The position numbers and the translations under genes are program-made. Source: the human T2T-CHM13v2.0 reference genome, Homo sapiens. From it: a stretch of 64,000 nucleotides of DNA. Numbering within the stretch: the stretch's first letter is position 1; each line of letters starts with the position of its first letter. The stretch is taken from NCBI RefSeq assembly GCF_009914755.1, contig NC_060926.1, one strand, 5' to 3'. Positions 61,525 to 64,000 of this stretch are shown here, one piece after another. A model generated the notes under the pieces. It was given only the letters and a program-made list of their open reading frames with translations. It searched no databases and was not told the origin of the DNA.

Positions 61525-63940
61525 ATTCAAAATGCTGTATAAGATTTGAAAGAATCAAAAAGAAAAAAGATTAATATACATCATAAATATATATATAAAT
61601 ATTTGTATTTTACAAAACAATATCCAACAAAATTGTAAAATACATCAAATATAACATTTTAAATAAACATGGTGATGGTGTTAATGTCAATTTGTACATG
61701 CTTTTAATTTATCTATATAAATAAAAGATTAACCATTTAAAGCCTACATGGATAAAGCACACAGATGTATATCTTACAAAAGAGGAAATACAAATGGCTG
61801 GTAATTTTTTATAAACAAATATATGCAAGTGAAAATGAGAATTCAAATGCCATTTTTTGATGTCAAATGGCCAGAATTTCTAAAGAAAAAATAATATTCA
61901 ATAATGGTTACAATAACTTTGGTGGCAGTATAAGTTAGAGCCAGATTTCTAGAAACAACTTGATTACAGTTATTAGGAGCTTTAAAAAATATTCAAATCA
62001 CACAACAGATTTTAGGAGTTTATTTAGAGATTTTTGGTAAGGAAGCACAACTATTCATATATTTCTCATGGAAGAATGGTCATCGTCTTCAACTTCCTGG
62101 GGAATGCTATTAAGATTAATGAGAGAATAAGGAAATATTGACTCAGCTCCTCAGATCAGCAGAATACTAGAAATAATTTGGGAGATGGAAGCTACAGCTT
62201 GATTATGGATACAACCTCTTTTTGATTCAGTTCATTCTCCTCAGAACCAACTCCTAGGAAATAACCAGATTATTCACCCATAGATTTATTTGCAAAGGTA
62301 TTGATTACACTGTAATTTATAATTAGAAAGAAAAAATAAAATTGTCCAGTAGATGGAATAAACTTCCACCCATATTAATACACATCTTATCTATTAAAAC
62401 TATTTTTAAAGATAGACTGTTAAGTAAAAATAAAAGTATATGATTTTTATAATATAGCAGTAAATCTAAACAGGAAAACTCTAAAATATTTACGATTTTG
62501 GCCTCTGAATTCTAGAAATAGGGATTTTTAAATTGTTTTACAATAAATATTTATTTTAATAATAATGTCAGACATGTCTGTTTGGTTAAAGTACTTCTTG
62601 CAAATTGTAACTACAGCACCAAAATTCCATTTGGTAAAAAGGATGGATTTATTGCCAATTTATTATAATAACAAAAGTGTAGTCTTCCTTCAAACAACAT
62701 TGTAAAGACCTCATATTTTCATAAAATCTTTTCTACATTCTTTTCAAAATAAATCTAAGTTGACTAATTACTCTGTGCTTCACTGAGTTTCCTGCTTTGT
62801 AACATGGAAAATTTGTCAATAAAATTCTCCTCTTCATGCATTTGTAAATTCTATATCATATCTGCCCTAGGTGTTACAAATGACCTATAACAGTGGGCAA
62901 AAAAATAAGAGCCAGCAAATGCTATTTTCACTACTGGCCTCCTATGGATTTGTACTACCTAATGTTCTTTGAAGAGTTTTGGACCACCTCTAAATAACAG
63001 CTGTGAGGGGGAACTGCAGTACTTCAATCCTTGTTTTTGGCAGTAAGTATTTGTTTTTAATGTGAAAGCAAACAACGAAAGAAAACCTTTTCCATCTGCT
63101 TTTACCAGAAAGAAAGTCAAATGGAAGTCACACTATCCTCAGCAAATAGCAGTTGACTTTAGTGCACAAACACATCATTTATAGACACAGCCTCCTAAAG
63201 TGTTAGGTCAACATTACAATGATAAACAGTCAGGGGCTAGGTGCTTAGGGAGATTTTAGGCAATGTTGAGTAGGGCTCTCCTACAGTCTCAGTTTGGGGC
63301 TCCCTGTCCTATAGAGTTGAATCTTTAGGTGGAGATTCTAAAGTATCAATCTCATTTCTTGCTAACCCAAGCATGTTGAAGGAATATTCTCCTTCTTCAA
63401 AACTGCTTGTACGTTACAGATCAATTCATATTTACTTTTGTGAACTTGTGAATATTTATTTTACAAATAGCAAGAGTCCAAGCCACTGCCAGGTCCATAT
63501 ACTATTATACGGGGCACATGAAAGTGATAATGAGAGTTACCACATGCATCAGTATGTAAAGCAGTAAGCACAGCTGCTAATTAAAACTGACTTGGGAAAT
63601 TGGATTAAGATAGCAAATATAGCTCATGTATTTATCTCTAAGTCCCAACTCAAATGTCCACAAATGAAGAAAACATGCCCCTTTTCCTAAATTATAAATT
63701 TATTATAGCACTGGAAACCATCAGAGAGTTAAATTTATGCCAAAAATTTTAAGAAATCTCTCCCAAATAGAAAGCAATTGGAATAAATATGCACAGAAAA
63801 AGAACTGCCACAAAAGGTAGAAGGGGCTTCAAAGTTGTTCCACACTCAGAAAGCTGAGGCAACGATCAGAGTGATCTGTTATGTTAGAAACATTTGAAGA
63901 AATTTAGCAGATTAATCAATTGCTCCCTGCCCCCAACACG

Positions 63941-63944
<4 letters not shown>

Positions 63945-63979
<35 letters not shown>
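63945..63979. repeat. (CA)n microsatellite
   Basis: Uninterrupted AC run seen directly. Confidence 0.95.
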
Positions 63980-63981
<2 letters not shown>

Positions 63982-64000
63982 CACACATATGCACAGAAGC

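Overview
Primate (most likely human/hominoid) AT-rich, gene-poor genomic DNA dominated by transposable elements. I find no credible host protein-coding exon, RNA gene, CpG island or prokaryotic system. The recognisable ORFs in the track are TE remnants and the rest are short chance frames. Main contents: (i) a three-level L1 nest at ~6.2-22.9 kb, with a full-length L1PA7-like element inside an L1MB1/2-like element, inside an antisense older L1MB/L1M4 that also hosts an Alu and a MER61 solo LTR; (ii) a complete THE1A MaLR element; (iii) a two-LTR MER41A provirus with an AluY inside, head-to-head with an LTR9-like solo LTR; (iv) two inverted LTR8 solo LTRs whose 670-bp spacer appears to have been inverted, judged by a swapped TSD and a split LTR33 with halves on opposite strands (best finding); (v) several templated-insertion/palindrome scars; (vi) repeat-free blocks that may be enhancers or lncRNA exons. 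Repeat family names come from my recall of consensus sequences, not a RepeatMasker/Dfam run. Subfamily calls and old-element boundaries are approximate. I do not see a new biological system here; the notable signals are structural and evolutionary.
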